Below, piece by piece: positions 1-13,400 of a stretch of DNA of 64,000 nucleotides; within the stretch, counting starts at the first letter, position 1; each line of letters opens with the position of its first letter. The DNA comes from Eledone cirrhosa (Eukaryota): assembly GCA_964016885.1 (NCBI GenBank), contig OZ024744.1:57164001-57228000 (forward strand), written 5' to 3'. The notes below the pieces were generated by a model. The model saw only the letters and a list, made by a program, of their open reading frames with translations, was not told where the DNA came from and ran no database searches. The position numbers were made by a program, and so were the translations under genes.

Positions 1-228
1 CACAACCACCACCACTGTCACAACCACTGTCACAACCACCACCACTCTCACAACCACCACCACTGTCACAACCACCAACCACCACTGTCACAACCACCAC
101 CACTGTCACAACCACCACCACTGTCACAACCACCACCACTGTCACAACCACCAACCACCACCACCACTATCATCATTGTCATCAACACCATCATCATCAT
201 CACAACCACCATCCTCACCACCACCACC

Positions 229-262
<34 letters not shown>

Positions 263-380
263 TCACCACCACCACCGCCATCATCATCATCATCACCACC
301 ACCACCGCCATCATCATCATCACCAATACCACCCCCACCCCCACCACCACCACCATCATCATCATCACAATTAGCACCAT

Positions 381-412
<32 letters not shown>

Positions 413-674
413 CCACCACCACCACCACCACCACCACCACCACCATCATCATCACAACCACCATCACCACCACCACCACCACCACCATCATCATCACCAC
501 CACCATCACCACCACCACCACCACCACCACCATCACCACCACCACCACCACCATCACCACCACCACCACCACCACCATCATCATCATCACCACCACCACC
601 ATCACCACCACCACCATCACCACCACCACCACCACCATCATCATCACCACCATCACCACCATCATCATCATCAT
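1..674. repeat. Compound (CAC)n/(CAT)n microsatellite, with an 18-bp cacaaccaccaccactgt minisatellite at the left edge
   Basis: Read directly; ORFs here are poly-P/S/G/D/V/M artefacts. Confidence 0.95.
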
Positions 675-979
675 TAGTGTATGAAAATGACCTCAATTGT
701 TATTTTTGTTTTTTTCTCTATTGTAATGTTTTATAATTTTGAAAATTAGATTCAATGCAATAACGATAGTTCGTTAAATATAATTACAACATAATTACAA
801 CATAATTACAACATATTTTACAAAATATATAAAACAGTAAAAAAAAAACTGGAGTAAATAAATCTAATCTAAAAAAAACCTAAACAACAAATATATTACC
901 ACTAACAATTATTGTTGTTTTCTTACATGAATGGTAAACATTAATTGATTTTAGATAAAATATTGATTTCTTTGTAGTA

Positions 980-1253
980 GAGAAGAGAGCGGGAAAGAGA
1001 GAGAGAGAGAGGAGGAGGGAGAAAGAGAGAGATGGGAGAGAGAAAGAGAGGGGGAGAAAGAGAGGGGGAGAAAGAGAGAGAGAGAGGAGGGGAGAGAGAG
1101 GGGGTAGGGAGAGAAGCAGAAAAGATATATAGATGAAGGATCAACCCAGATCAGGGCTGGTACTTTTTTTTATTGACCCTTGAAAGATGAAAAGTATACT
1201 ATATTTGTAGTAGAGAAGAGATGGAGAGAGAGAAAGAGAGAGAGAGAGAGAGT

Positions 1254-1283
<30 letters not shown>
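980..1283. repeat. Two GA-rich polypurine tracts
   Basis: (GA)n/GGA-rich runs at ~980-1125 and ~1212-1283. Confidence 0.9.
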
Positions 1284-1285
<2 letters not shown>

Positions 1286-1409
1286 GTTGAAGGTGGTAGG
1301 CAGAGGCATAACTAGGGAAACACATGGGTTCAGGTATGGCAGTGTGGTTAAGGAGTTAGTTTTGTCACCATGTGGTTTTGTAATGAGTACAATTGCATGG
1401 AAATCGTCG

Positions 1410-2281
1410 TTTGAATAACTTTTGATCTTACCGAAAGATATTCAGGACGTATCGGAAAATTCTTGCTGTTTCCAGCAAGCATGCTTTTTGAAGTGTTCCA
1501 AAAAAGGGGACTGGACTAATGTTCTTTAACCATCCTTGAAAACACTACGAGGTAGTACTTAGTGCTCCTATGACAATCGGGATGACCTTGATCTCATGAC
1601 AGTTCCAAATCCTTTTTAATTACCACTTTAAATCCTGGTATTAGTTCATTTTCTCCTCTTACACTCTTGTGTCAAAGGGGCAAGTTACATCTAAATCCGG
1701 CATGATATTTTTTCCTTGTAACAAACCACCAGGTCAGGCCTATTGTCTTCTAATTTCTTGTCCGTCTGTATCCTAAAATCCCATAGCATCTTCACTTGAT
1801 CGTTTTCTATCACCGACTCTGGCTTATGCTCATACCACTTCTCCGAATGTGGTAAATTGTTTACTTTGCATAGGTGCCAGTGGATCACCCTGCCCATCAC
1901 ATCATGTCTCCAGCCTTTATAGTGATTCTGGGCTAGGTGTTTAGACTCGGATACAATGTGAGCCACAGTCTCCTCTCTCTCTCCACAGATCCTACACAGT
2001 GAGATAGCCTCCTTCTTGTCAATATGGTGTTTCACCCACTTCGTTCTGAGGGCTTACTCCTCTGTAGCCATTAGCATTCCTTTTGTAGCTTGTTTTAAGG
2101 TCTCCTCTTTTTAACCAGCTCCATGTATGTGGATCTCTGAATTACATTTTCTTAAAAAAGGTGCTATGAAGGTTTTTTTCATGAAGGTTGCTCTTCCTCT
2201 TTGTTGTTATTTCCTCCTTGGACATCCCCTGGTCTATTGTCTTCTCCTTCAGTACAATTTTGAGCATTGGCTCCCCACTCT
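1410..2281 (-). mobile_element. 5'-truncated, decayed R4/Dong-like LINE (CCHC + restriction-like endonuclease region)
   Basis: ORF 1691-2035: CRICGEREETVAHIVS..RHD..LWDFRIQTD..NRPDLVV; terminal LQKACLLETARIFR near 1430-1500; 5' junction in an (ATT)n tract at 2283-2296. Confidence 0.85.
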
Positions 2282-2297
2282 CTATTATTATTATTAC

Positions 2298-3045
2298 TAG
2301 TCAGTCATCTAGCCAATCGCTGGCCTGGCAGTACTACTGAGGAGCTTTGACAGTTCAGGATAAACTCTACAGGCATGGAAGTGCCGTCAATTGGGCCTGT
2401 CTGAGCTGTGTGCAGGGCACCGAAACCATTCTGCATACACTCGTCAAGTGTTCGACTATTGCTGACCTGTGGGTTTATGTCGAGCACTTGGTGTCACATG
2501 TAGGACGGATCCGACTATCAACTGAGTCCATTGTGAAGATCGCACCAACATCCTGCTTTAGAGGGGAAGAACAGGCAGTTTTTATCTGTCTGATGGCCAT
2601 GGCAAAAGAAGTTGTATGATGGACGCGTTTGAAAGGGTTGAAAGTAGCCATTAACTGATTAACTTTTTCAGATTTCACTTGAAGAGGAAAATCAGGGTGG
2701 AGAGGGAAGTGTTACCTTCCAACCAGGTTGTTGAAAGGTGGGTGAGAGTGGCAAGCATGGTCCGTGTGAATGGGCCTGCCTTTAACATACGCCTGTAGAT
2801 TGGAGTAGAAAAACTGGGAGAGGGCATTTTCCCTAGTGGACAGGGTGACTGTGGCTTTTGTGGGATTTCTACACGAGTGACCCTTAGAGTCTCCTCACCT
2901 TTGGGGAAATTGTTATAAATGTTTTAAATATTTATTTTCTTAGTCCCTTTTATACATTTTATTTTACACAAAGAAAATCCACATTGTATCGTCTTTAATG
3001 TTTCTTTAATGTGAACCCTGTGTGGCTAATACATAAATTATTACT
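2298..3045 (+). mobile_element. Tx1/L1-like LINE 3' fragment (zf-RVT region and 3' UTR)
   Basis: LTVQDKLYRHG..CLSC..ETILHTLVKC..LW motif; starts after (ATT)n and ends in aattattactatt. Confidence 0.7.
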
Positions 3046-3049
3046 ATTA

Positions 3050-3993
3050 GGCAGTATCGATAGAGCGTCAGACAACATGCTTTGCAGTATAGAGTTGTGT
3101 CTCTTTACGTTCTGAGTTCAAATCCTGCCAAGGTTAACTTTGCCTTTCATCCTTATAAGGTCATGCCTTGCTTCCATTTGCACCTCACCAAATTAGAGCA
3201 GGTCCTCTTCAAAATCTTGTGGAGGGGACAGGTTCCGTTGGTAAGGCAGTTCATCTGCTGCCAGTGAGGGCTGGGCATGCCATGACTAATATTGTACAAA
3301 CTTGCGCTGAGGCTGCGACATCTCCAGATATTCTTTCTAAACGGTGAACAGGTGTGGTCACCATTTGTCAGACGGGCCTTTCCACAACTAGTTTCTTTGA
3401 ATGATCTGCAGTCCTGGGTCAAGAAGAGACCGAGACTGGATGATTGGCATCTGAATGTTGCCAGGTGCTCACTGCCCTCTACAAGGTGGGCAATGCAGTC
3501 AGTGGAACTTCCACTCAAGAGTTCTATAGAGGATTAGTGGTGAGCAAGTGTGACGATGCTCTTGGAGAGTGAAGATTGCCTCGCCGCCTTCTTTTGACCG
3601 GGAAGAGCAGGAAGTTTTCCTCTGTCTTATAGCTGTAGAGAAAGAGGTTGTGTGATGGACACGACTGAAAGGTCTGAAGACAGACACTTTCCTCTTCGGC
3701 CAAGCCCTCGTCAACTTTTTCAAGTTATACTTGGAAAGGAAGATGAGGGTGGAGAGAGAAATGCTGCACCCCAGAACATTATTTAATAGGTGGGTGATTG
3801 TTCGGAGAAGTAGCAGCTCTACCTGGAATGACTTTCTGATCTCCGAGTTATGCACTTTATCAAGTAATGTTACTCCAAAACCCCTTCGGAGGAATCACAT
3901 TTGGTATTTGCGATCGTATTCTTTCAGTCATTACCCAAGATTCCTGACCATAAATTTGCTGGCCTTGTGCCTAATTCAGAAACCATTATTATT
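3050..3993 (+). mobile_element. SINE family 1 copy split by a second Tx1/L1-like fragment (~3162-3800)
   Basis: SINE head gagttcaaatcc..ctttgcctttcatcc at 3050-3161; SINE tail ttgctggccttgtgcc..agaaac at 3955-3993; the interior resembles 2530-2750 and reads FKILWRGQVPLV. Confidence 0.65.
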
Positions 3994-4033
3994 GTTTGTA
4001 GTACAGGTCACTTCAACCTGTCTTTATATATAA

Positions 4034-5254
4034 CTAGCTGGCCAGTCCGGCTGGCGCCTGGCTAGGTATACCGTCATTTTATCTTTTCAGGAATCCCCCC
4101 TCCACTCCAGTGCAAAGATACCGCACGCCCTCTCAAGTCAGCGAGGTTGGGGGGCGGGATGGGGGGTTAACGTGCTCTGATGTTGGGTTTGAATAGTTTT
4201 TAGGATTCCCCAGTTCAGCAGCCAGTATGTTAAAGAAAATTGATAGTTACAACAATAAAGGTTGAACAGAGAACACATTTTTTAACAAACTTTACAATAA
4301 TTTGTACAACCATAATGGAAATTCCAAGTAACAGAAAATACATAAATTACATTGTTAGAGCCTCAGAGTATACAGTATTTTTTGTTCGGCCCTCGGGAGC
4401 AAAGATGAAGAGATTGTTTGGCGAGCTCACTGTAGAGCATCCTACATACAATTGACCATGGTTTTCCCAGATGGAGGCTAGCCACTTTTAGGGTTTGACC
4501 CTGAGCTTTGTTGATGGTAATTGCGAAGCTTAGTCTCTCTGTTGCTCTAGTAACATTTTTTCTTCTGGAAAATCTGATCTTGCGGCCAGGGTGGGACTTT
4601 TTTGGTGGCATATTGGCAGTAACAATGACGATAAGCCGTCTGAGCTTTCGTGAAATAAATACGTTTGTTTATATTTTGTTTTTGTGTATGCAAAAATATC
4701 TGTACACAAATATATAATTATATATATATATATATTAAAATAACAGATTAAAGTTTAAGCAAAGAATCGTTGCTTTCACCCTTAACGGGATCTTCTGAAA
4801 CAAACTAAAAAAATCAATCTGTGAACGCAGAAGTAAATATTTCGAAAAACGTTGCAACCGAAGGAAAACAGGAAGATGATACTTTGGTTCGTGAAGACAG
4901 ACAGATATTATAAGCGTGCGACGTTATGGCTATGTATCTTATGCAGGCAGCCAGACATACAGAGACATATTATAAGGGCGCGACGTTATAGCTATGTATC
5001 TATCTAAAAAGACAGACTAAGAAAAAGAGGGGAATGTCGTATAACCGGAAGTGTTGACATTTAAACATTTTAAAGAAGTGAATGTTTAAATAAACGATAA
5101 AATATCTTTAATCTTTGAACGAAATGTAGAAGACAAAAATGCCCCCACTTTCTTACTTGGAAAAAGTCACATCTATGGTGCAAATTTGGTGCTGTTTGGT
5201 TCAGCCGTTTGGTGATAAGTTTGTTACATACATACGGCCGTCAGCTTTATTAGA
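4034..5254 (-). mobile_element. Non-autonomous Helitron carrying a Pif1-helicase remnant
   Basis: Minus strand: 5' A|TCTAATAAAG at 5254; 3' GC hairpin then CTAG|T at 4034; ORF 4363-4611 contains LSFAITINKAQGQTL (Pif1/Helitron helicase motif). Confidence 0.85.
4753..4801 (-). ncRNA. Type I hammerhead ribozyme, U4A core variant, next to a (TA)n tract inside the Helitron
   Basis: guuu-CAGAAGA-u ccc guuaa ggg u-GAAA-gcaa..uugc-UU-aaac; same family as 53753-53805. Confidence 0.6.
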
Positions 5255-5659
5255 TACCTATAATACTTAGAAGTTAAGGATCTAGACTTCTAGGAAAGGT
5301 ACCTGCTGTAAACTGGCATTACATCTATTTTATCCGGTGGAAATATTTGTTATCTAGTTTGACACAGCAGGTATAATAGACTTGTGATCTGAGAAAAGAT
5401 TTATGGATTAACAGATTAACAGAATTTCTTTTAACCAATATATTAATTCCATGTTGTTTCTTCATATTTTTTTTCTTGTTTCTTTATATTTTTTTTAGTT
5501 CCTTATATTTATTTATTTATATATTTTTTTCTTTCACACAGAATATTTTGTCGCCAGATGTTTCACAGTTTCCTTCTTTCTTCATTGTGATAAAAAAAAA
5601 ACCCAGTTGAATACTTGAGAAATGATTATATTTTTCTCATCAACTTAAAATTGTTTTCT

Positions 5660-6568
5660 CTCTGTGTATATATGTTGTGCATGCGTGCAGACATGTATAT
5701 GTGTGTGTATATGTGTGTGTATATGTGTGTGTATGAGTGTGTGTGGGTGCATGTGTGTGCAAGCATGAATGTGCATGTATGTGAGTGTGCATGTGTGTAC
5801 ACATATATGTGTGGGTACATGTGTGTGCATGAAGGTGAGTGTGCGTTTGAGTGTACTTGTGTGTGAGTGTGCATGTGTATGTGTGTGTGTGTGTGTGCGT
5901 AGGTGCATATGTGTGTGTATTTGAGTGTGTATGTGTGTGTGTGCAAGTGTGTGTATGTATGTGAGTGTGTGTGTATGTATATCTTACATCACAGCAGCTG
6001 TTGTGTGTTGGACAAATTACAACACCCTTCCTATCTATTACAGAGTACAGCATTCATGGCTACACACGCACACACACATGCCGACACACATACATACATT
6101 CGCACGCGCACACACGCACACACATATATACATAGATACATATATTCATATGCATGCACATGCCGACATACATACACACATACATACACACACAGACATA
6201 CACACACATACTTACACACACATACTTACACACACACATACATACATACATACACTTACACACTCGCACTCGCACACACACACACGCATATGTACATACA
6301 TATATTCATATGCACGTACATGCCGACACATATAGATACACAGACACGCACATATACACACACACATGCCGACGCACATACACACACTCATACATGGACA
6401 CACACATAGGCATGCACACACATGCACACATACACGCACAGATAGGCACGCGCACACATGCACGCACGCGCACACGCACGCACACACACACACATATATG
6501 CACGCTCATACAGGCACACACACACACACACACACACATTCACAGTGTGTGTGTGTGTGTGTGTGTGC
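5660..6568. repeat. Degenerate (GT)n tract followed by a (CA)n tract
   Basis: GT-rich 5660-5980, CA-rich 6060-6540, GT 6545-6568. Confidence 0.9.
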
Positions 6569-6574
6569 ATCGTG

Positions 6575-6739
6575 CTGGTTGTGGTGGTGGTAATGATGAC
6601 GATTGTGGTGATGATGGCAGAGGTGATACTGAATGTAACAATGATGGTGATGATGATGATGGTGGTGATGGTGAAGAAGATGGTGATGATGATGATGGTG
6701 ATGGTGATGACGACGGCAGAGGTGATAATGATTGTAGCA

Positions 6740-6783
<44 letters not shown>

Positions 6784-7010
6784 AATGATGGTGGTGACGA
6801 CGATGATGATGATGATGATGGTGGTGATGGTTGTGACGATGATGATGGTGGTGGTGATGATGATGGTGGTGATGGTTGTGACGATGATGATGGTGGTGGT
6901 GATGATGATGGTGGTGATGGTTGTGACGATGATGATGATGTTGGTGGTGATGATGTTGGTGGTGATGGTTGTGATGATGGTAATGATGGTGATAGTTATG
7001 ATGATGATAG
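6575..7010. repeat. (GAT)n/(GGT)n compound microsatellite
   Basis: Read directly. Confidence 0.9.
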
Positions 7011-7451
7011 CAGTGGCTCAGCCATTCTCACCATTCTCACCATTCTCAGAGTTTTTGTTTTATTTAGTCAGTTATTACAAACCCTTCACCATCCTCCACC
7101 TTCATTACACACCAATAACTGTAATTTTTGTTATATAGGTGAAAGGAAGATACATTTTTAGCAGGTGTGAGAGTGAGTTTGTTAGTCTAATTTGTTTACT
7201 TGCTAGCTTGCTTGGTTCATTTATGATGGTGTAGTAGAACTTGTTAGATGAGTTGATGAAGGTGAATGGCAAGTGAGTGAAGTATATCTCAGTGAGTTAA
7301 GAGTATTGTTACTTCTTCTTTTCCTATCTTCGAGCCATGTGGTTATATGACAGTTTCCCATTTCTTTACACAGTCCTTTGCATTATTATTAAATTCTGCG
7401 AGATCTTTTAAGCTGCACTGGTTGGGTAGTAGAGGGCAAACAAGGCATAAC

Positions 7452-10400
7452 GTCTTGTCATAGTTGATGAAACCAGTAGCTGTAGTTGTTATGGTGATTA
7501 CTGTAAAGTCTTGTCATAGTTGATGAAACCAGTAGTTGTAGTTGTTATGGTGATTACTGTAAAGTCTTGTCATAGTTGATGAAACTAGTAGCTGTAGTTG
7601 TTATGGTGATTACTGTAAAGTCTTGTCTTAGCTGATGAAACCAGTAGTTGTAGTTGTTATGGTGATTACTGTAAAGTCTTGTCATAGTTGATGAAACCAG
7701 TAGTTGTAGTTGTTATGGTGATTACTGTAAAGTCTTGTCATAGTTGATGAAACTAGTAGCTGTAGTTGTTATGGTGATTACTGTAAAGTCTTGTCATAGT
7801 TGATGAAACTAGTAGCTGTAGTTGTTATGGTGATTACTGTAAAGTCATGTCATAGTTGATGAAACTAGTAGCTGTAGTTGTTATGGTGATTACTGTAAAG
7901 TCATGTCATAGTTGATGAAACTAGTAGTTGTAGTTGTTATGGTGATTACTGTAAAGTCTTGTCATAGTTGATGAAACCAGTAGTTGTAGTTGTTATGGTG
8001 ATTACTGTAAAGTCATGTCATAGTTGATGAAACTAGTAGTTGTAGTTGTTATGGTGATTACTGTAAAGTCTTGTCATAGTTGATGAAACTAGTAGCTGTA
8101 GTTGTTATGGTGATTACTGTAAAGTCTTGTCATAGTTGATGAAACTAGTAGTTGTAGTTGTTATGGTGATTACTGTAAAGTCTTGTCATAGTTGATGAAA
8201 CCAGTAGTTGTAGTTGTTATGGTGATTACTGTAAAGTCATGTCATAGTTGATGAAACCAGTAGTTGTAGTTGTTATGGTGATTACTGTAAAGTCTTGTCT
8301 TAGTTGATGAAACCAGTAGTTGTAGTTGTTATGGTGATTACTGTAAAGTCTTGTCATAGTTGATGAAACCAGTAGTTGTAGTTGTTATGGTGATTACTGT
8401 AAAGTCTTGTCATAGTTGATGAAACCAGTAGTTGTAGTTGTTATGGTGATTACTGTAAAGTCTTGTCATAGTTGATGAAACCAGTAGTTGTAGTTGTTAT
8501 GGTGATTACTGTAAAGTCTTGTCATAGTTGATGAAACCAGTAGTTGTAGTTGTTATGGTGATTAGTGTAAAGTCTTGTCTTAGTTGATGAAACCAGTAGT
8601 TGTAGTTGTTATGGTGATTACTGTAAAGTCATGTCATAGTTGATGAAACCAGTAGTTGTAGTTGTTATGGTGATTACTGTAAAGTCTTGTCATAGTTGAT
8701 GAAACCAGTAGTTGTAGTTGTTATGGTGATTACTGTAAAGTCTTGTCATAGTTGATGAAACCAGTAGTTGTAGTTGTTATGGTGATTACTGTAAAGTCTT
8801 GTCATAGTTGATGAAACCAGTAGTTGTAGTTGTTATGGTGATTACTGTAAAGTCTTGTCATAGTTGATGAAACCAGTAGTTGTAGTTGTTATGGTGATTA
8901 CTGTAAAGTCTTGTCTTAGTTGATGAAACCAGTAGTTGTAGTTGTTATGGTGATTACTGTAAAGTCTTGTCATAGTTGATGAAACCAGTAGTTGTAGTTG
9001 TTATGGTGATTACTGTAAAGTCTTTTCATAGTTGATGAAACCAGTAGTTGTAGTTGTTATGGTGATTACTGTAAAGTCTTGTCATAGTTGATGAAACCAG
9101 TAGTTGTAGTTGTTATGGTGATTACTGTAAAGTCTTGTCATAGTTGATGAAACCAGTAGTTGTAGTTGTTATGGTGATTACTGTAAAGTCTTGTCATAGT
9201 TGATGAAACCAGTAGTTGTAGTTGTTATGGTGATTACTGTAAAGTCTTGTCATAGTTGATGAAACCAGTAGTTGTAGTTGTTATGGTGATTACTGTAAAG
9301 TCTTGTCATAGTTGATGAAACCAGTAGTTGTAGTTGTTATGGTGATTACTGTAAAGTCTTGTCATAGTTGATGAAACCAGTAGTTGTAGTTGTTATGGTG
9401 ATTACTGTAAAGTCTTGTCATAGTTGATGAAACCAGTAGTTGTAGTTGTTATGGTGATTACTGTAAAGTCTTGTCATAGTTGATGAAACCAGTAGTTGTA
9501 GTTGTTATGGTGATTACTGTAAAGTCTTGTCATAGTTGATGAAACCAGTAGTTGTAGTTGTTATGGTGATTACTGTAAAGTCTTGTCATAGTTGATGAAA
9601 CCAGTAGTTGTAGTTGTTATGGTGATTACTGTAAAGTCTTGTCTTAGTTGATGAAACCAGTAGTTGTAGTTGTTATGGTGATTACTGTAAAGTCTTGTCA
9701 TAGTTAATGAAACCAGTAGTTGTAGTTGTTATGGTGATTACTGTAAAGTCTTGTCATAGTTGATGAAACCAGTAGTTGTAGTTGTTATGGTGATTACTGT
9801 AAAGTCTTGTCATAGTTGATGAAACCAGTAGTTGTAGTTGTTATGGTGATTACTGTAAAGTCTTGTCATAGTTGATGAAACCAGTAGTTGTAGTTGTTAT
9901 GGTTATTACTGTAAAGTCTTGTCATAGTTGATGAAACCAGTAGTTGTAGTTGTTATGGTGATTACTGTAAAGTCTTGTCATAGTTGATGAAACCAGTAGT
10001 TGTAGTTGTTATGGTGATTACTGTAAAGTCTTGTCATAGTTGATGAAACCAGTAGTTGTAGTTGTTATGGTGATTACTGTAAAGTCTTGTCATAGTTGAT
10101 GAAACCAGTAGTTGTAGTTGTTATGGTGATTACTGTAAAGTCTTGTCATAGTTGATGAAACCAGTAGTTGTAGTTGTTATGGTGATTACTGTAAAGTCTT
10201 GTCATAGTTGTTGAAACCAGTAGTTGTAGTTGTTATGGTGATTACTGTAAAGTCTTGTCTTAGTTGATGAAACCAGTAGTTGTAGTTGTTATGGTGATTA
10301 CTGTAAAGTCTTGTCATAGTTGATGAAACCAGTAGTTGTAGTTGTTATGGTGATTACTGTAAAGTCTTGTCATAGTTGATGAAACCAGTAGTTGTAGTTG

Positions 10401-13400
10401 TTATGGTGATTACTGTAAAGTCTTGTCATAGTTGATGAAACCAGTAGTTGTAGTTGTTATGGTGATTACTGTAAAGTCTTGTCATAGTTGATGAAACCAG
10501 TAGTTGTAGTTGTTATGGTGATTACTGTAAAGTCTTGTCATAGTTGATGAAACCAGTAGTTATAGTTGTTATGGTGATTACTGTAAAGTCTTGTCATAGT
10601 TGATGAAACCAGTAGTTGTAGTTGTTATGGTGATTACTGTAAAGTCTTGTCATAGTTGATGAAACCAGTAGTTGTAGTTGTTATGGTGATTACTGTAAAG
10701 TCTTGTCATAGTTGATGAAACCAGTAGTTGTAGTTGTTATGGTGATTACTGTAAAGTCTTGTCATAGTTGATGAAACCAGTAGTTGTAGTTGTTATGGTC
10801 ATTACTGTAAAGTCTTGTCTTAGTTGATGAAACCAGTAGTTGTAGTTGTTATGGTGATTACTGTAAAGTCTTGTCATAGTTGATGAAACCAGTAGTTGTA
10901 GTTGTTATGGTGATTACTGTAAAGTCTTGTCATAGTTGATGAAACCAGTAGTTGTAGTTGTTATAGTGATTACTGTAAAGTCTTGTCATAGTTGATGAAA
11001 CCAGTAGTTGTAGTTGTTATGGTGATTACTGTAAAGTCTTGTCTTAGTTGATGAAACCAGTAGTTGTAGTTGTTATGGTGATTACTGTAAAGTCTTGTCA
11101 TAGTTGATGAAACCAGTAGTTGTAGTTGTTATGGTGATTACTGTAAAGTCTTGTCATAGTTGATGAAGCCAGTAGTTGTAGTTGTTATGGTGATTACTGT
11201 AAAGTCTTGTCATAGTTGATGAAACCAGTAGTTGTAGTTGTTATGGTGATTACTGTAAATTCTTGTCATAGTTGATGAAACCAGTAGTTGTAGTTGTTAT
11301 GGTGATTACTGTAAAGTCTTGTCATAGTTGATGAAACTAGTAGTTGTAGTTGTTATGGTGATTACTGTAAAGTCTTGTCTTAGTTGATGAAACCAGTAGT
11401 TGTAGTTGTTATGGTGATTACTGTAAAGTCTTGTCATAGTTGATGAAACCAGTAGTTGTAGTTGTTATGGTGATTACTGTAAAGTCTTGTCATAGTTGAT
11501 GAAGCCAGTAGTTGTAGTTGTTATGGTGATTACTGTAAAGTCTTGTCATAGTTGATGAAACCAGTAGTTGTAGTTGTTATGGTGATTACTGTAAAGTCTT
11601 GTCATAGTTGATGAAACCAGTAGTTGTAGTTGTTATGGTGATTACTGTAAAGTCTTGTCATAGTTGATGAAACCAGTAGTTGTAGTTGTTATGGTGATTA
11701 CTGTAAAGTCTTGTCTTAGTTGATGAAACCAGTAGTTGTAGTTGTTATGGTGATTACTGTAAAGTCTTGTCATAGTTGATGAAACCAGTAGCTTTAGTTG
11801 TTATGGTGATTACTGTAAAGTCTTGTCATAGTTGATGAAACTAGTAGTTGTAGTTGTTATGGTGATTACTGTAAAGTCTTGTCTTAGTTGATGAAACTAG
11901 TAGTTTTAGTTGTTATGGTGATTACTGTAAAGTCTTGTCATAGTTGATGAAACCAGTAGCTGTAGTTGTTATGGTGATTACTGTAAAGTCTTGTCTTAGT
12001 TGATGAAACTAGTAGTTTTAGTTGTTATGGTGATTACTGTAAAGTCTTGTCATAGTTGATGAAACCAGTAGCTGTAGTTGTTATGGTGATTACTGTAAAG
12101 TCTTGTCATAGTTGATGAAACTAGTAGTTGTAGTTGTTATGGTGATTACTGTAAAGTCTTGTCTTAGCTGATGAAACTAGTAGTTTTAGTTGTTATGGTG
12201 ATTACTGTAAAGTCTTGTCATAGTTGATGAAACCAGTAGTTGTAGTTGTTATGGTGATTACTGTAAAGTCTTGTCTTAGTTGATGAAACCAGTAGTTGTA
12301 GTTGTTATGGTGATTACTGTAAAGTCTTGTCATAGTTGATGAAACTAGTAGTTGTAGTTGTTATGGTGATTACTGTAAAGTCTTGTCATAGTTGATGAAA
12401 CCAGTAGTTGTAGTTGTTATGGTGATTACTGTAAAGTCTTCTCATAGTTGATGAAACCAGTAGTTGTAGTTGTTATGGTGATTACTGTAAAGTCTTGTCA
12501 TAGTTGATGAAACTAGTAGTTTTAGTTGTTATGGTGATTACTGTAAAGTCTTGTCATAGTTGATGAAACCAGTAGTTGTAGTTGTTATGGTGATTACTGT
12601 AAAGTCTTGTCATAGTTGATGAAACCAGTAGTTGTAGTTGTTATGGTGATTACTGTAAAGTCTTGTCATAGTTGATGAAACCAGTAGTTGTAGTTGTTAT
12701 GGTGATTACTGTAAAGTCTTGTCATAGTTGATGAAACCAGTAGTTGTAGTTGTTATGGTGATTACTGTAAAGTCTTGTCATAGTTGATGAAACCAGTAGT
12801 TGTAGTTGTTATGGTGATTACTGTAAAGTCTTGTCATAGTTGATGAAACCAGTAGTTATAGTTGTTATGGTGATTACTGTAAAGTCTTGTCATAGTTGAT
12901 GAAACCAGTAGTTGTAGTTGTTATGGTGATTACTGTAAAGTCTTGTCATAGTTGATGAAACCAGTAGTTGTAGTTGTTATGGTGATTACTGTAAAGTCTT
13001 GTCATAGTTGATGAAACCAGTAGTTGTAGTTGTTATGGTGATTACTGTAAAGTCTTGTCATAGTTGATGAAACCAGTAGTTGTAGTTGTTATGGTCATTA
13101 CTGTAAAGTCTTGTCTTAGTTGATGAAACCAGTAGTTGTAGTTGTTATGGTGATTACTGTAAAGTCTTGTCATAGTTGATGAAACCAGTAGTTGTAGTTG
13201 TTATGGTGATTACTGTAAAGTCTTGTCATAGTTGATGAAACCAGTAGTTGTAGTTGTTATAGTGATTACTGTAAAGTCTTGTCATAGTTGATGAAACCAG
13301 TAGTTGTAGTTGTTATGGTGATTACTGTAAAGTCTTGTCTTAGTTGATGAAACCAGTAGTTGTAGTTGTTATGGTGATTACTGTAAAGTCTTGTCATAGT

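Noticed and set aside
66-736. Pro/Ser-rich or Gly/Asp-rich ORFs as extensin-like proteins
   Set aside because: Translations of trinucleotide microsatellite, open in several frames on both strands
1-7010. CAC/CAT block (1-674) and GGT/GAT block (6575-7010) as TIRs of a large element
   Set aside because: Similarity is limited to low-complexity triplets; no unique shared sequence or TSD seen
5615-7161. 335-aa His/Thr then Asp-rich ORF and neighbours; also all YI/HT/MYVC ORFs elsewhere
   Set aside because: Stop-free microsatellite translations with no domain content
7631-7650. ctgatgaaac variant of the satellite monomer as a hammerhead core
   Set aside because: CUGAUGA and GAAA overlap, leaving no stem II; the majority monomer reads ttgatga
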